From the IMG/VR virus record IMGVR_UViG_3300043451_000181, positions 1 through 55,802 of that record: a stretch of 55,802 nt of DNA; one strand, 5' to 3'. The position numbers and the translations under genes were made by a program. The stretch is from a virus (Duplodnaviria > Caudoviricetes). The notes under the pieces were generated by a model, which was not told the origin of the DNA, searched no databases, and saw only the letters and a list, made by a program, of their open reading frames with translations. Below, piece by piece: positions 45,103 to 53,718 of the stretch (its first letter is position 1; each line of letters starts with the position of its first letter).

Positions 45103-45621
45103 ATGGAACAGCTTCAATTCGATCCTCGCACCAAAGCGATGGTCAAAGACTCTCTCTACGAGTTTCTCTACGGCCCCGTCCAGAGGAGTTACCAAACTCG
45201 CCTGGACAGCCTGATCATTCGCAACACGATTGCAGGTGGGCACCCCACCAAGTCCTTTCACTACCGCGGTAATCAATACCAATGCGAAGGCGGCACCCGG
45301 CCGCCCCGTGGCTGGAACAAGTTGATGCCACAGTTCAAGGACGAGATGGATGCCCTGCTGGCCGAGTTCTCTGACATCAACAACAGAGAGCTCCCCTTCG
45401 TCATTGGCTACATCGGTCAAGTCCTCAATTCGTCCAACAGCTTCATGGACTACCTCCGTTTGTTTCCCGACTCGGTCCACCAACCAATCAGGCAAATCAT
45501 GGAGACCTGTCCGTGCTGCTCGCAGCAATTGAGCGATGAGAAAGTCGAAGAGCTCATCAACAAGCACCAGAGCGCCATCACTATGATGAAGCACCGTATG
45601 GTCCAAAACCTGCTCTACTAA
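45103..45621 (+). CDS. N4 gp38-like hypothetical protein
   Basis: Between helicase and DNA polymerase as in N4; FHYRG motif. Confidence 0.65.
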   Translation: MEQLQFDPRTKAMVKDSLYEFLYGPVQRSYQTRLDSLIIRNTIAGGHPTKSFHYRGNQYQCEGGTRPPRGWNKLMPQFKDEMDALLAEFSDINNRELPFVIGYIGQVLNSSNSFMDYLRLFPDSVHQPIRQIMETCPCCSQQLSDEKVEELINKHQSAITMMKHRMVQNLLY

Positions 45622-45622
45622 T

Positions 45623-48253
45623 ATGCGTCACATCATCTTCAATCAAGCCAACAGCAGTGGCAACTTCAGTGTTGCTCTGCTGATCAAGGGCTCCGCCTTC
45701 AATGGACAGGAGCTGCGTATCAACTACGTTCAGCCCCTCGTCGATCGAGGCGTCGCTGAAGAGGAAGTGATCGCTTTCACGCTCAAGTACGACGAGAACG
45801 GCAAGGCCACGGCCAAGACGATCAAGGAGTACCTCGCCAACTTGCTGCCAGCACTCGACAGCATTGGCACCAAACACCTGCTGGTAGCAGACGGTAACTA
45901 CTTCAAGATCCTCACGGGGCAAGGCAAAGCCGAGCCTCACATGGGTTACGTGCTTCCTTGCAAGATCAAGGGCTTCGAGCACATGAACGTGGTGCTGAGT
46001 CTCAACTACCAGCAGCTGATCTACAACCCCTCGCTGAATCAAAAGCTCGAGCTCAGTGTGCACACACTGGCTTCGAGCATCAGCGGGAACTACCAAGCCA
46101 TCGGCACCAACATCATTCACAGCGCGCAGTACCCAGAGACCTACTCTGAGATCAAAGCTGCGCTGGAATTTCTGTTGACCAAGCCAGACCTCACCTGTGA
46201 CATCGAAGGCTTCTCTTTGCGCTTTGACAAGGCAGGCATCGCTACGATTGCCTTTGCCTGGGACAAGCACAACGGCATCGCCTTTCCTTGCGATTGGCAT
46301 TCCATCGACCCTGCATTCATGCAAGGGTTCGGTGAGTACGTTCGCAACGATGCGGTGCGTGCACTGCTGCGCAACTTTTTTGAGACCTACACCGGCGCCC
46401 TAACTTTCCACAGTGCAACCTATGACGTCAAAGTCATGATTGCAACGCTGTGGATGAGCAGCTGGCTCGATACGAAGGGTCTGCTTCGTGGATTGGAAAT
46501 CCTCACCCGGGACTTCCATGACACCAAGATCATCGCGTACCTAGCCACCAACTCCACGGCCGGCAATGTGCTGGGCTTGAAGTCACTGGCTCACGAGTTC
46601 GCAGGCAACTGGGCGGTGGAAGTCTCTGACATCCGCAAGGTGCCGCTGAAGGATCTGCTGCAGTACAACTTGGTCGACGCACTCTCCACGCACTACGTGA
46701 AGGAGAAGTACTACCCGATCATGGTGCACGATCAGCAAGAGGATCTCTACAAGGGTCTCATGCTGGGTAGCCAGAAGTTGATCATTCAGATCGAGCTCAC
46801 CGGTATGCCGATGAGTCGAACCAAGATCCAAATCGTCAAGGAACGTCTCGAGGAAATCCAGCTCGAGAACGTGATGAAGATCAACAGCAACAACACCATC
46901 AAAGCGCTCAACTTGCTCTTGCAAGACACCGCATGGAACAAAGACTATGAGTCACGCAAATCCAAGGCCAAAAATCCAGGGAAGATTCTTCCGAAAAATC
47001 GGTCAGTCTTCGATGACATTGAATTCAATCCTAATTCTGGCCCTCAGCTTCAGCGGCTCTTATATGAGCAGATGGGTTTGCCAGTCATCGACTACACCGA
47101 CACGAAGCAACCTGCCACGGGAGCAGAGACGATCGAAAAACTGATCCACCACACAGACGTTCCTGAATACAAGGAAATTCTGGAAGGCTTGATTGGCTAC
47201 GGCAAGGCCACCAAGGTCTTGTCCACGTTCATCCCTGCATTCGAGGAAGCGCTGTCGAAAGACAGCAGCGACATCGTGTGGCTGCACGGCTCGTTCAACT
47301 TGGGCGGTACTGTCTCGGGTCGTTTGTCTTCGAGCGATCCGAACATGCAGAACATCCCAGCGAACTCCATGTACGGTAAGCTCATCAAGGAGTGCTTTGT
47401 CTCTCCTCCTGAGTGGCTCTTCGGTGGTGCTGACTTCAACTCGCTTGAAGACTACATCTCCGCATTGACGACCAAGGATCCAGCCAAGCTGGCTGTGTAT
47501 GAACAAGGCTTCGACGGGCACTGTCTGCGCGCTGCTTACTACTTCAAGGACCAGTGTCCTGACATCGATCCGACTGACCCTGTGTCCGTCAATTCGATGA
47601 AGAAGAAGTACCCAGAGCTCCGACAAGAATCGAAGAGTCCTACCTTCGCGCTGACCTATCAAGGCACTTGGCATACCCTGGTGAACAACTTGGGCTTCGA
47701 TGAAGAGAAAGCCAAGAGCATTGAGAAGGGCTACCACGATCTCTACAAGGTCTCGGATCAGTACATCCAAGATCGCTTGAAACAAGCGGCCCAAGATGGC
47801 TACACCGAGGTTGCCTTTGGCCTACGTGTTCGCACACCGTTGCTCAAACAAGTGGTGTATGGAGCGAAGGGGATGCCCTACGAAGCTGCTGCCGAAGGTC
47901 GCACTGCCGGCAATGCCATGGGCCAGTCCTATGGCTTGCTGAACAACCGTGCAGCGCTCGAGTTCATGCAGAAGGTTTGGGCTTCGCCCTACCGCTATGA
48001 CATCAAGCCAGTGGCTCTGATCCATGATGCGATCTACATCCTGATGCGCAATCACATCGATGTGGTGGAGTTTGCCAACCGTGAGCTCATCGCTTCCATG
48101 CGTTGGCAAGAGCTACCCGAGATCCAACATCCGACGGTCAAGCTTGGTGCGGCACTGGACCTGTTCTATCCAGACTGGGCCCATCCCATTACGCTACCCA
48201 ACGATGCGGATCAAGCCGCTATTTTCCAAACCTGCGCAAAGGAGGCAGCATGA
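45623..48253 (+). CDS. Family A DNA polymerase (N4 gp39-like)
   Basis: 3'-5' exo CDIEG and YNLVD; GTVSGRLSSSDPNMQN; motif A DFNSLE, motif B RQESKSPTFALTY, motif C IHDA. Confidence 0.95.
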   Translation: MRHIIFNQANSSGNFSVALLIKGSAFNGQELRINYVQPLVDRGVAEEEVIAFTLKYDENGKATAKTIKEYLANLLPALDSIGTKHLLVADGNYFKILTGQGKAEPHMGYVLPCKIKGFEHMNVVLSLNYQQLIYNPSLNQKLELSVHTLASSISGNYQAIGTNIIHSAQYPETYSEIKAALEFLLTKPDLTCDIEGFSLRFDKAGIATIAFAWDKHNGIAFPCDWHSIDPAFMQGFGEYVRNDAVRALLRNFFETYTGALTFHSATYDVKVMIATLWMSSWLDTKGLLRGLEILTRDFHDTKIIAYLATNSTAGNVLGLKSLAHEFAGNWAVEVSDIRKVPLKDLLQYNLVDALSTHYVKEKYYPIMVHDQQEDLYKGLMLGSQKLIIQIELTGMPMSRTKIQIVKERLEEIQLENVMKINSNNTIKALNLLLQDTAWNKDYESRKSKAKNPGKILPKNRSVFDDIEFNPNSGPQLQRLLYEQMGLPVIDYTDTKQPATGAETIEKLIHHTDVPEYKEILEGLIGYGKATKVLSTFIPAFEEALSKDSSDIVWLHGSFNLGGTVSGRLSSSDPNMQNIPANSMYGKLIKECFVSPPEWLFGGADFNSLEDYISALTTKDPAKLAVYEQGFDGHCLRAAYYFKDQCPDIDPTDPVSVNSMKKKYPELRQESKSPTFALTYQGTWHTLVNNLGFDEEKAKSIEKGYHDLYKVSDQYIQDRLKQAAQDGYTEVAFGLRVRTPLLKQVVYGAKGMPYEAAAEGRTAGNAMGQSYGLLNNRAALEFMQKVWASPYRYDIKPVALIHDAIYILMRNHIDVVEFANRELIASMRWQELPEIQHPTVKLGAALDLFYPDWAHPITLPNDADQAAIFQTCAKEAA

Positions 48254-48387
48254 AACGCTACCCCGTCGGCAGCGACAACCTCGGCTGGAGCCGCCATTAC
48301 CAGAAGCTGTACAACCAGACTCTGCGTGAATCGGCAGCACACCTAGCCATCTGGTACCTGTTGCTGCATCACATGCACAACGACTAA
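48250..48387 (+). CDS. Small hypothetical protein
   Basis: GGAGG RBS and ATGA overlap; followed by an AAGGCCC-TTCG-GGGCCTT terminator. Confidence 0.5.
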   Translation: MKRYPVGSDNLGWSRHYQKLYNQTLRESAAHLAIWYLLLHHMHND

Positions 48388-48416
48388 ACCCAAGGCCCTT
48401 CGGGGCCTTTTTCTTT

Positions 48417-48689
48417 ATGTCCAACTACCCACACATCACTGACATCACGTTGTTCTACCAAAGTGCCGATGGAAGACATCGAGTAGCCACTTACAAGAGT
48501 CCACATGGCAACGATGAGTGGGATGCGAACGACTGGCTACGCGTTGTCTGTGCAACGCCTTTTGTGCGGGCCACTTGGCTCCGTCTAGAGGTCACCAGAG
48601 ACCGCCCACAAATCCGAAAAGTGTTTACAAGCCCTTTGTATAAAACACTTCAACTCATCAATCCACCAGAAAGAGAACCATGCGATTAA
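48417..48689 (+). CDS. Hypothetical protein
   Basis: 90 aa; C-terminus LQLINPP resembles paralog 5 of the tandem family. Confidence 0.5.
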   Translation: MSNYPHITDITLFYQSADGRHRVATYKSPHGNDEWDANDWLRVVCATPFVRATWLRLEVTRDRPQIRKVFTSPLYKTLQLINPPEREPCD

Positions 48690-49219
48690 CCAACTTCCTA
48701 CGCGACGCCTTCGTGCGCGCAGTCATGCACGATGTGCCTTCCATCAACTATGAAGAGCAAGCCCACAAGCTTGCTCGTGACCACATCCGTGCGATGTTCA
48801 AAAAGGAATTTCCAGACACGGACTACGACAAGGCATGCGAGTCTGAGTGGTTCAACTCTGGTTCAATCAACTTGCCTTATGGCATCTCCGGCATTCACGT
48901 CAAGTGCATGACCGCCTGGGGCATGTTGAAAAACGAAGAGAAGATCTGGGCCAAGCTCGAAGCACTAGGCGAGAAGAAAAAAGAGCAAGAGAAAACGCTC
49001 AATGCACTCGAGTCTCGCTTGAGAGGGGTGGCTTATGCCTGCACCACACGCAAGCAACTCGAAGAAGCCCTGCCTGAATTCAGTGCGTACCTGCCTGAAG
49101 AGGAAGCCAAAGCAGCCAAGACATTACCTGCAGTGGCCAACGTGCTGTCTGAGTTCGTGAAGGCCGGTTGGCCAAAGCAAAACGCCGGCAAGATTGCCGC
49201 GGCAAAAGCAGCGCCATGA
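48680..49219 (+). CDS. Nmad5-like (nucleotide modification associated domain 5) protein
   Basis: MRLTNxLRDAFVRAVM start and TTRKQLEEALPEFxxYLP...LPAV..V C-terminal motif. Confidence 0.65.
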   Translation: MRLTNFLRDAFVRAVMHDVPSINYEEQAHKLARDHIRAMFKKEFPDTDYDKACESEWFNSGSINLPYGISGIHVKCMTAWGMLKNEEKIWAKLEALGEKKKEQEKTLNALESRLRGVAYACTTRKQLEEALPEFSAYLPEEEAKAAKTLPAVANVLSEFVKAGWPKQNAGKIAAAKAAP

Positions 49220-49866
49220 CCTCAGTAGTTGATCGTGTTGACCATCTGGTCACGCAATACGTCTGGGCATTAGAAAATGATTCGAAAGTCGTACCCGGTC
49301 TTCAAGAAAAAATTCGAGACGGGCACTTTCGAGATTTCTCTGCTGCCATTAAAACAATCATCCTGCCTATTCGTCGACTCATTGGCGATGACGATTTGCT
49401 CGTGTGGGAGCTTGCCTACATCTACATGGAAACTTGGTTTCGTCTAGGTGGGTACGGCAAAGCTTTGACAACCAGTTCGGGAAACCGAGTCTGGAAAGAA
49501 TGTGTAGAAAGCCTCAACATCGTGGGCTTGCACTACACCGATCGCGGTGTCCGCACTCTTCCTAAATCAACCACTAACCCCTGTGCTGAGATCGCTATCA
49601 GCCAACCACAACCTTGTGTACTGGCCGAGCCAGAGAAAGAAATTCCCGTGTCTAAAAAGATCATCATTGCCAATGTGACTTTCATCAACAACGTCGACGT
49701 CACCACCATGAACGACGCACAGTTGATCGATGCCATCAAAACCATTGAAGCAGAAATCGCTGACCTCAAGGCCGTCAAGACTAAGAGCGCAAAGATCGCT
49801 GCCAAGATTGCTGAAGCTCAAGAGACCTTAACCAAGGTCGTTGAGATTCTCGACGGTCGTCCATAA
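49216..49866 (+). CDS. Hypothetical protein with C-terminal coiled coil
   Basis: ATGA-coupled start at 49216; possible internal GTG start at 49648. Confidence 0.55.
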   Translation: MTSVVDRVDHLVTQYVWALENDSKVVPGLQEKIRDGHFRDFSAAIKTIILPIRRLIGDDDLLVWELAYIYMETWFRLGGYGKALTTSSGNRVWKECVESLNIVGLHYTDRGVRTLPKSTTNPCAEIAISQPQPCVLAEPEKEIPVSKKIIIANVTFINNVDVTTMNDAQLIDAIKTIEAEIADLKAVKTKSAKIAAKIAEAQETLTKVVEILDGRP

Positions 49867-49890
49867 AAAAAGCCCTCCGAAGAGGGCTTT
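49865..49890. terminator. Bidirectional terminator
   Basis: AAAAAAAGCCCTC-CGAA-GAGGGCTTT between convergent genes. Confidence 0.75.
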
Positions 49891-49908
49891 CTCAAATGAG
49901 CTCGTGGA

Positions 49909-50325
49909 TTACCACTTGCTCATTTTCATGAGGCCATGCTCCATGGCTTCCTCAGCAGCAGACTCGCCGCTGTCCAAGAAGCGCAGCTTGTAGCAAGTGC
50001 TTGCGCACAGTGCAGTCAAGCCGTCATGGATGTTCTCAAGAGCAGTCTCACCCTTGCAGCAAGCTGCACGGTTCTGCTTGAGCCATTGACGAAGCGCTTC
50101 GATCCAATCACAGGCTTTACCCGTGGGCAATGAGAGCCCTGGGTATTCCGTAATCAAACCAAACATGCCCTGATAAGTCTCGGCGAAGTCATCGGCAATG
50201 CCGACGATCTCGTCATAGAACTCGTTCAGAGCTTTGTGTTCCGCATAGGAACGGGTTTGCAGGTGTGCCACGTGCGCCGCAGTGCGGGCGTGGAAACATC
50301 GCATGATCATTTCACCAGTTGACAT
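49909..50325 (-). CDS. Ferritin/Dps-like four-helix protein (DUF5856-like)
   Basis: AHVAHLQTRSYAEHKALNEFYD...ADDFAETYQG...YKLRFL; AAGGA RBS. Confidence 0.7.
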   Translation of the reverse strand: MSTGEMIMRCFHARTAAHVAHLQTRSYAEHKALNEFYDEIVGIADDFAETYQGMFGLITEYPGLSLPTGKACDWIEALRQWLKQNRAACCKGETALENIHDGLTALCASTCYKLRFLDSGESAAEEAMEHGLMKMSKW

Positions 50326-50367
50326 AGGGGATCCTTTCGAAAAGACCCCTGTATTTTAGGACCAATC

Positions 50368-50754
50368 ATGGACAAATCCCACGTAGGCATGGGTCATTAC
50401 ATTTGCCCCGTCTGTGGCAAAAACCACGGCGAAGAGGTGCTCATCAACCGCTTCTTGCGGCCGACATTGACCCGAAACGAATTCCTCGGCTACGACATGT
50501 GCGAAGAGCATAAAAAGCTCTGCCATGACGGCTACACGGCCTTAATCGAGGTCGCCAACCAGCCTAAAAGCTTCACCGACGCTGTGCGCACTGGCAACAT
50601 CGCCCACGTGAAAAACACGGTCTGGGAGCACATCTTCAACATGCCGCTGCCTGACAAGGGTATGGCTTTCGTTGAAGTCGGTGTATTTACCATGCTTCAA
50701 CAGAAAGTCGAAGACGCATCCATCATGCACCAAGCAGAGCTTTATGGCCACTGA
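50368..50754 (+). CDS. Zn-binding hypothetical protein
   Basis: KSHVGM, CPVCG and CEEH motifs; AGGA RBS. Confidence 0.65.
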   Translation: MDKSHVGMGHYICPVCGKNHGEEVLINRFLRPTLTRNEFLGYDMCEEHKKLCHDGYTALIEVANQPKSFTDAVRTGNIAHVKNTVWEHIFNMPLPDKGMAFVEVGVFTMLQQKVEDASIMHQAELYGH

Positions 50755-50829
50755 CGCCTTCCTTACGGAAGATGAGGTTCGCATACTCAAATTCATGGAA
50801 CTCCTTGATTCAGAACCAACGGAATAAAT

Positions 50830-51021
50830 ATGGCAATACACCCCGATTTTGTTCAACAAGCCGACGCTACCCTTCGTGAACTAATGCTCGTTCGAGACCT
50901 CGCCGCAGCCAATGGCAAGCTTGAGGCATGGTGTGCTCTCTACACGAACGGGCTGATGCTCAAGTTCAGGGCCATGAGACATGCTCCAAGCCACCCGAAA
51001 CCTCCACCAGCTGCAGCGTGA
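50830..51021 (+). CDS. Small hypothetical protein
   Basis: GGA RBS; 63 aa. Confidence 0.45.
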   Translation: MAIHPDFVQQADATLRELMLVRDLAAANGKLEAWCALYTNGLMLKFRAMRHAPSHPKPPPAAA

Positions 51022-51223
51022 AGGCGTGGCCTACGAGGTGCCTTCCGAGGGCACCCACGTCGTCGTGCGCACTGTCAACGAGACCATCCACTTCTGGCCG
51101 TCAACCTGTCGGTGGTGGATCGTTGGTTCGTCAACCAAGCGGGGCGGGATCGTCCGCCTCATCAAGTACGTCAAGGGCAAGCAACGGCCTGCAATTCCTG
51201 CAATTGGCCAATTCTGGCCCTAG
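50981..51223 (+). CDS. Small hypothetical protein (HFWPST motif)
   Basis: IHFWPSTCRWW...RGGIVRLIKY pattern seen in small phage proteins. Confidence 0.5.
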   Translation: MLQATRNLHQLQREGVAYEVPSEGTHVVVRTVNETIHFWPSTCRWWIVGSSTKRGGIVRLIKYVKGKQRPAIPAIGQFWP

Positions 51224-51325
51224 AAAAATCAATGACTTAGCTCGCTTCTAACTCCGTGCCTATTGCATGAAGTTTGCGCGCTACGGCCTTGATTCCAAAG
51301 GTGTAATTCCCGGCAAGCAAGCTGT

Positions 51326-51370
51326 CTACGAACCAAGGGGTCGTGGGTTCGAATCCTGCCAGCCGCACCA
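51326..51370 (+). other. 3' half of tRNA-Arg(ACG) (att core; not a complete tRNA)
   Basis: CTACGAA anticodon loop, CCAAG, GGGTC, T arm GTGGG-TTCGAAT-CCTGC, acceptor CAGCCGC-ACCA; no D arm or 5' acceptor strand upstream. Confidence 0.85.
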
Positions 51371-51387
51371 ATAAACGTAGCAAAATC

Positions 51388-51424
51388 AAGGGCTTGGGTC
51401 TTCGGACTCAGGCCCTTTTTCTTT
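51388..51424 (+). terminator. Terminator after the tRNA half
   Basis: AAGGGCTTGGGTC-TTCG-GACTCAGGCCCTT followed by a T run. Confidence 0.8.
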
Positions 51425-51467
51425 GGTCTCTGCAATAGATGACCATCTCTGCAATTGAAAGTTCCCC

Positions 51468-51692
51468 ATGATCCAAGAACACCTACGCACCCTTGCCTTT
51501 AACTGCGGCGGCAAGGCCCACACCGAAGGCCCCATGCGCGCTGTGACCGGCGTGACGCTCACATGGGCCCAGCTGACCAAGTTCGCTGAAGCCATCAAAT
51601 CTGGCCGACACACTTGCTCATCCCTCTGCCACCCAGAGGAGCCTTGCATGTTGACCGCTACGGGCACCTGCCCCAATGGAGACGTGCGATGA
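51468..51692 (+). CDS. Small Cys-containing hypothetical protein
   Basis: 74 aa; first of an ATGA-coupled chain. Confidence 0.5.
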   Translation: MIQEHLRTLAFNCGGKAHTEGPMRAVTGVTLTWAQLTKFAEAIKSGRHTCSSLCHPEEPCMLTATGTCPNGDVR

Positions 51693-51817
51693 GCAACTAC
51701 GACCTTAAGTTCTGGATCTTCGTCTTCGTCCTGTTCTTCCTCTTCCAAGGTGAACCTGACGTCTGGGACTACCTGCGTGCCCGCACCGGCCTGACCGTGG
51801 AGGGCTGCAGCAAATGA
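51689..51817 (+). CDS. Small membrane protein
   Basis: ATGA-coupled; FWIFVFVLFFLFQGEPDVWD. Confidence 0.55.
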   Translation: MSNYDLKFWIFVFVLFFLFQGEPDVWDYLRARTGLTVEGCSK

Positions 51818-51996
51818 TCTCCACCTGGATCCTCGTGGTCTTCCTCACCAGCTCTACCAACAGTGCTGCCGGAGGACCCTTCATCATCGAAAACATCATC
51901 AACCAAGACGAGTGCTTGCGTGTGCAGGAAGTTGTTGAGCGTCGTCTCAGAGCTCCCCGCGCGCTGTGCATCGAAGTCAGAAAGACCAAGCCATGA
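51814..51996 (+). CDS. Small protein with N-terminal hydrophobic segment and two Cys
   Basis: WILVVFL...ECLR...ALCIEV. Confidence 0.55.
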   Translation: MISTWILVVFLTSSTNSAAGGPFIIENIINQDECLRVQEVVERRLRAPRALCIEVRKTKP

Positions 51997-52211
51997 CCAA
52001 AATCAAACACCTCCCCAGCCAGACCTACGAACCCTACGTGCCCAGTAAGGCTCAATTCGTTCGCCCAGGCGGCATGGATGCCTACGAGCTCCCTTCCCGC
52101 GTCGGTGACCAGCGTCACCCCTACAAGCCGCCATCCAATGGCTGCGTAGGTGTGCTGAAGGACCGTACCTCTCACACTGGCCAGTACCAGGAGAACAGGA
52201 CTGGTCGATGA
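51993..52211 (+). CDS. Small hypothetical protein
   Basis: ATGA-coupled; RPGGMDAYELPSR motif. Confidence 0.55.
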   Translation: MTKIKHLPSQTYEPYVPSKAQFVRPGGMDAYELPSRVGDQRHPYKPPSNGCVGVLKDRTSHTGQYQENRTGR

Positions 52212-52411
52212 GGATCGTCAAGCAAAAACTTAACCGACAAGGTAAAGAAGAAGTCACCGTGGTTCTCGAGCCAGGTGACAAGCTCATGTGCTTCCGTGAC
52301 GACCGGTACTTCCGTCTCGGGGGTCAAGTCGATGAAGTGATGGCAGGCCACGTCATCACCGAGTCTGAGCACGTCGTCTGGTGCTCCATCGAGCAACGGT
52401 GGGTGGCATGA
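52208..52411 (+). CDS. Small hypothetical protein
   Basis: ATGA-coupled on both sides. Confidence 0.55.
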   Translation: MRIVKQKLNRQGKEEVTVVLEPGDKLMCFRDDRYFRLGGQVDEVMAGHVITESEHVVWCSIEQRWVA

Positions 52412-52635
52412 GCCTCATTGCACCCATGTCCCCCGAAGAAGCCAGTGCCATCAAGGCCGGTGAGACGCTCTACGTCGAGAAGATCACCGTCCATGGCACC
52501 TACAAGAGCGGCGTTCAGTTCGTTCGTGAGTACCCCGCGGGAATTCACTTGAACCAACTGGACCGCATCTTTCTCAACTACGGTATCGAGTACCCAGACC
52601 CCATGGCTGAGGACCTCGATCCCAGAACACACTGA
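52408..52635 (+). CDS. Small hypothetical protein
   Basis: ATGA-coupled start MSLIAP. Confidence 0.55.
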   Translation: MSLIAPMSPEEASAIKAGETLYVEKITVHGTYKSGVQFVREYPAGIHLNQLDRIFLNYGIEYPDPMAEDLDPRTH

Positions 52636-52640
52636 CCATC

Positions 52641-53060
52641 ATGAAGCCCATGACACTCAGGTTGTTGCCTGTGGGCTTCGACTTCTACCTGCTGCGCACC
52701 GGCCAGCGATTCAAGCTGATCTCTGTGGGGCCATCCGCCATGGGTGGCTACAAGTACAACGTGCTGCAAGAAGGCCATACCCGCGGTACCACTCTGCACC
52801 ATTCCTGCCAGATCAAGCCGGTCATCCGTGCACAGGACCGTGGGGCTCGTTCTGCGGCCCTACAGCAGGCCAAAATCGCTCGCCAAGGGCATCGGTACCT
52901 CTGGAACGAAATGCACGTCATAGCGCTCGAAACCGGAGCTCGGGTGAAGGTTCTGGCCTTTGTTCAACAGGAGCCTTGGTCGGAGTTCACCACCTTCGTC
53001 AATGCGGCTGATTTGCAGCCCCTGCCGATGGCGTACTTCGGAAACCAAGTGCCTCAATGA
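52641..53060 (+). CDS. Hypothetical protein (possibly two small beta domains)
   Basis: 139 aa; last + strand gene before a convergent terminator. Confidence 0.6.
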   Translation: MKPMTLRLLPVGFDFYLLRTGQRFKLISVGPSAMGGYKYNVLQEGHTRGTTLHHSCQIKPVIRAQDRGARSAALQQAKIARQGHRYLWNEMHVIALETGARVKVLAFVQQEPWSEFTTFVNAADLQPLPMAYFGNQVPQ

Positions 53061-53081
53061 AAAGGGCCCCGTAGGGCCCTT
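53060..53081. terminator. Terminator between convergent operons
   Basis: AAGGGCCC-CGTA-GGGCCCTT. Confidence 0.7.
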
Positions 53082-53085
53082 GTCT

Positions 53086-53718
53086 TCATGCTGCGCAACT
53101 TAGGTTGCCACAGACTTCCATGGCTAGGTCAGTATGGTGGATTCGATCATCCAGACCGATGAGGCCACCGTTGACTGCCTTGGTCAGGCCTACCCAATCC
53201 TTGCGCTGAGCGAGCTCATTGCACTTGTGGGTGGACCAGTACCAGCCAGCAGTCTTCAAGCCCCACTCTGGTGTGCGGACAAGATCCGGGTTGCGGACAA
53301 AGTCCACGCCCAAGGCCTTGCCGGCATGGAAGAAATTCGCAGCACCGGTGAGTTGAATGTTGCCAGAGCCACGGTACAGCCAGCCGTCCCCTGACTTTTC
53401 ATCGCGGTTGCCCATGCGGCCACCGTAGATGCGTGAAGCAATGCGTTCCGGGTGACCCTGGTACTTCATGGCTTCTTCCAACGACTCAAAGCCCCAGAGG
53501 CGCTTTGGTGTCTTGGGAAACATCTTGAAGAGCGTAGCTCCACGGTAGCGGAGGTCTTCCTCGAGCTTCGTGAAGTTGCCACTCTCATGACCGCACTGCG
53601 CAATGAACGCTGCCTGCTGGATAGGCGTGTCAATGTGGAAGAGCTGAAACGTCTCGTTCATGGCACCCGCCAGAGCGGGATTGATCTTCAGTTTTTTCAG
53701 TTGTTCAGCGGTGACCAT
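53086..53718 (-). CDS. Endolysin, glycoside hydrolase family 19
   Basis: AAFIAQCGHESG, GDGWLYRGSGNIQLTG..N, AGWYW and VNGG..GLDDR. Confidence 0.92.
   Translation of the reverse strand: MVTAEQLKKLKINPALAGAMNETFQLFHIDTPIQQAAFIAQCGHESGNFTKLEEDLRYRGATLFKMFPKTPKRLWGFESLEEAMKYQGHPERIASRIYGGRMGNRDEKSGDGWLYRGSGNIQLTGAANFFHAGKALGVDFVRNPDLVRTPEWGLKTAGWYWSTHKCNELAQRKDWVGLTKAVNGGLIGLDDRIHHTDLAMEVCGNLSCAA

Larger units (their letters stand above)
51189..51455. mobile_element. attP-like attachment site (tRNA-Arg core with arm repeats)
   Basis: Half-tRNA core flanked by CTGCAAT direct repeats (51189, 51198 on the left; TCTCTGCAAT at 51427, 51446 on the right) and AAAATCAA-N3-CTT motifs (51225, 51382). Confidence 0.7.

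Noticed and set aside
43866-47794. Long minus-strand ORFs opposite helicase and DNA polymerase
   Set aside because: Antisense shadows of well-supported + strand genes.
48680-49219. DNA hypermodification system implied by the Nmad5-like gene
   Set aside because: No base-modifying enzymes (thymidylate synthase homologue, glycosyltransferase, kinase) are visible in the window.
49573-49593. TNPCAEI resembling the ribonucleotide reductase thiyl-radical motif
   Set aside because: The host ORF is only 216 aa and has no other RNR features; treated as coincidence.
51290-51370. Complete tRNA-Arg gene
   Set aside because: Upstream sequence lacks the GCGGCTG acceptor 5' strand, the D arm and the CTTGG anticodon-stem strand; only the 3' half is present.
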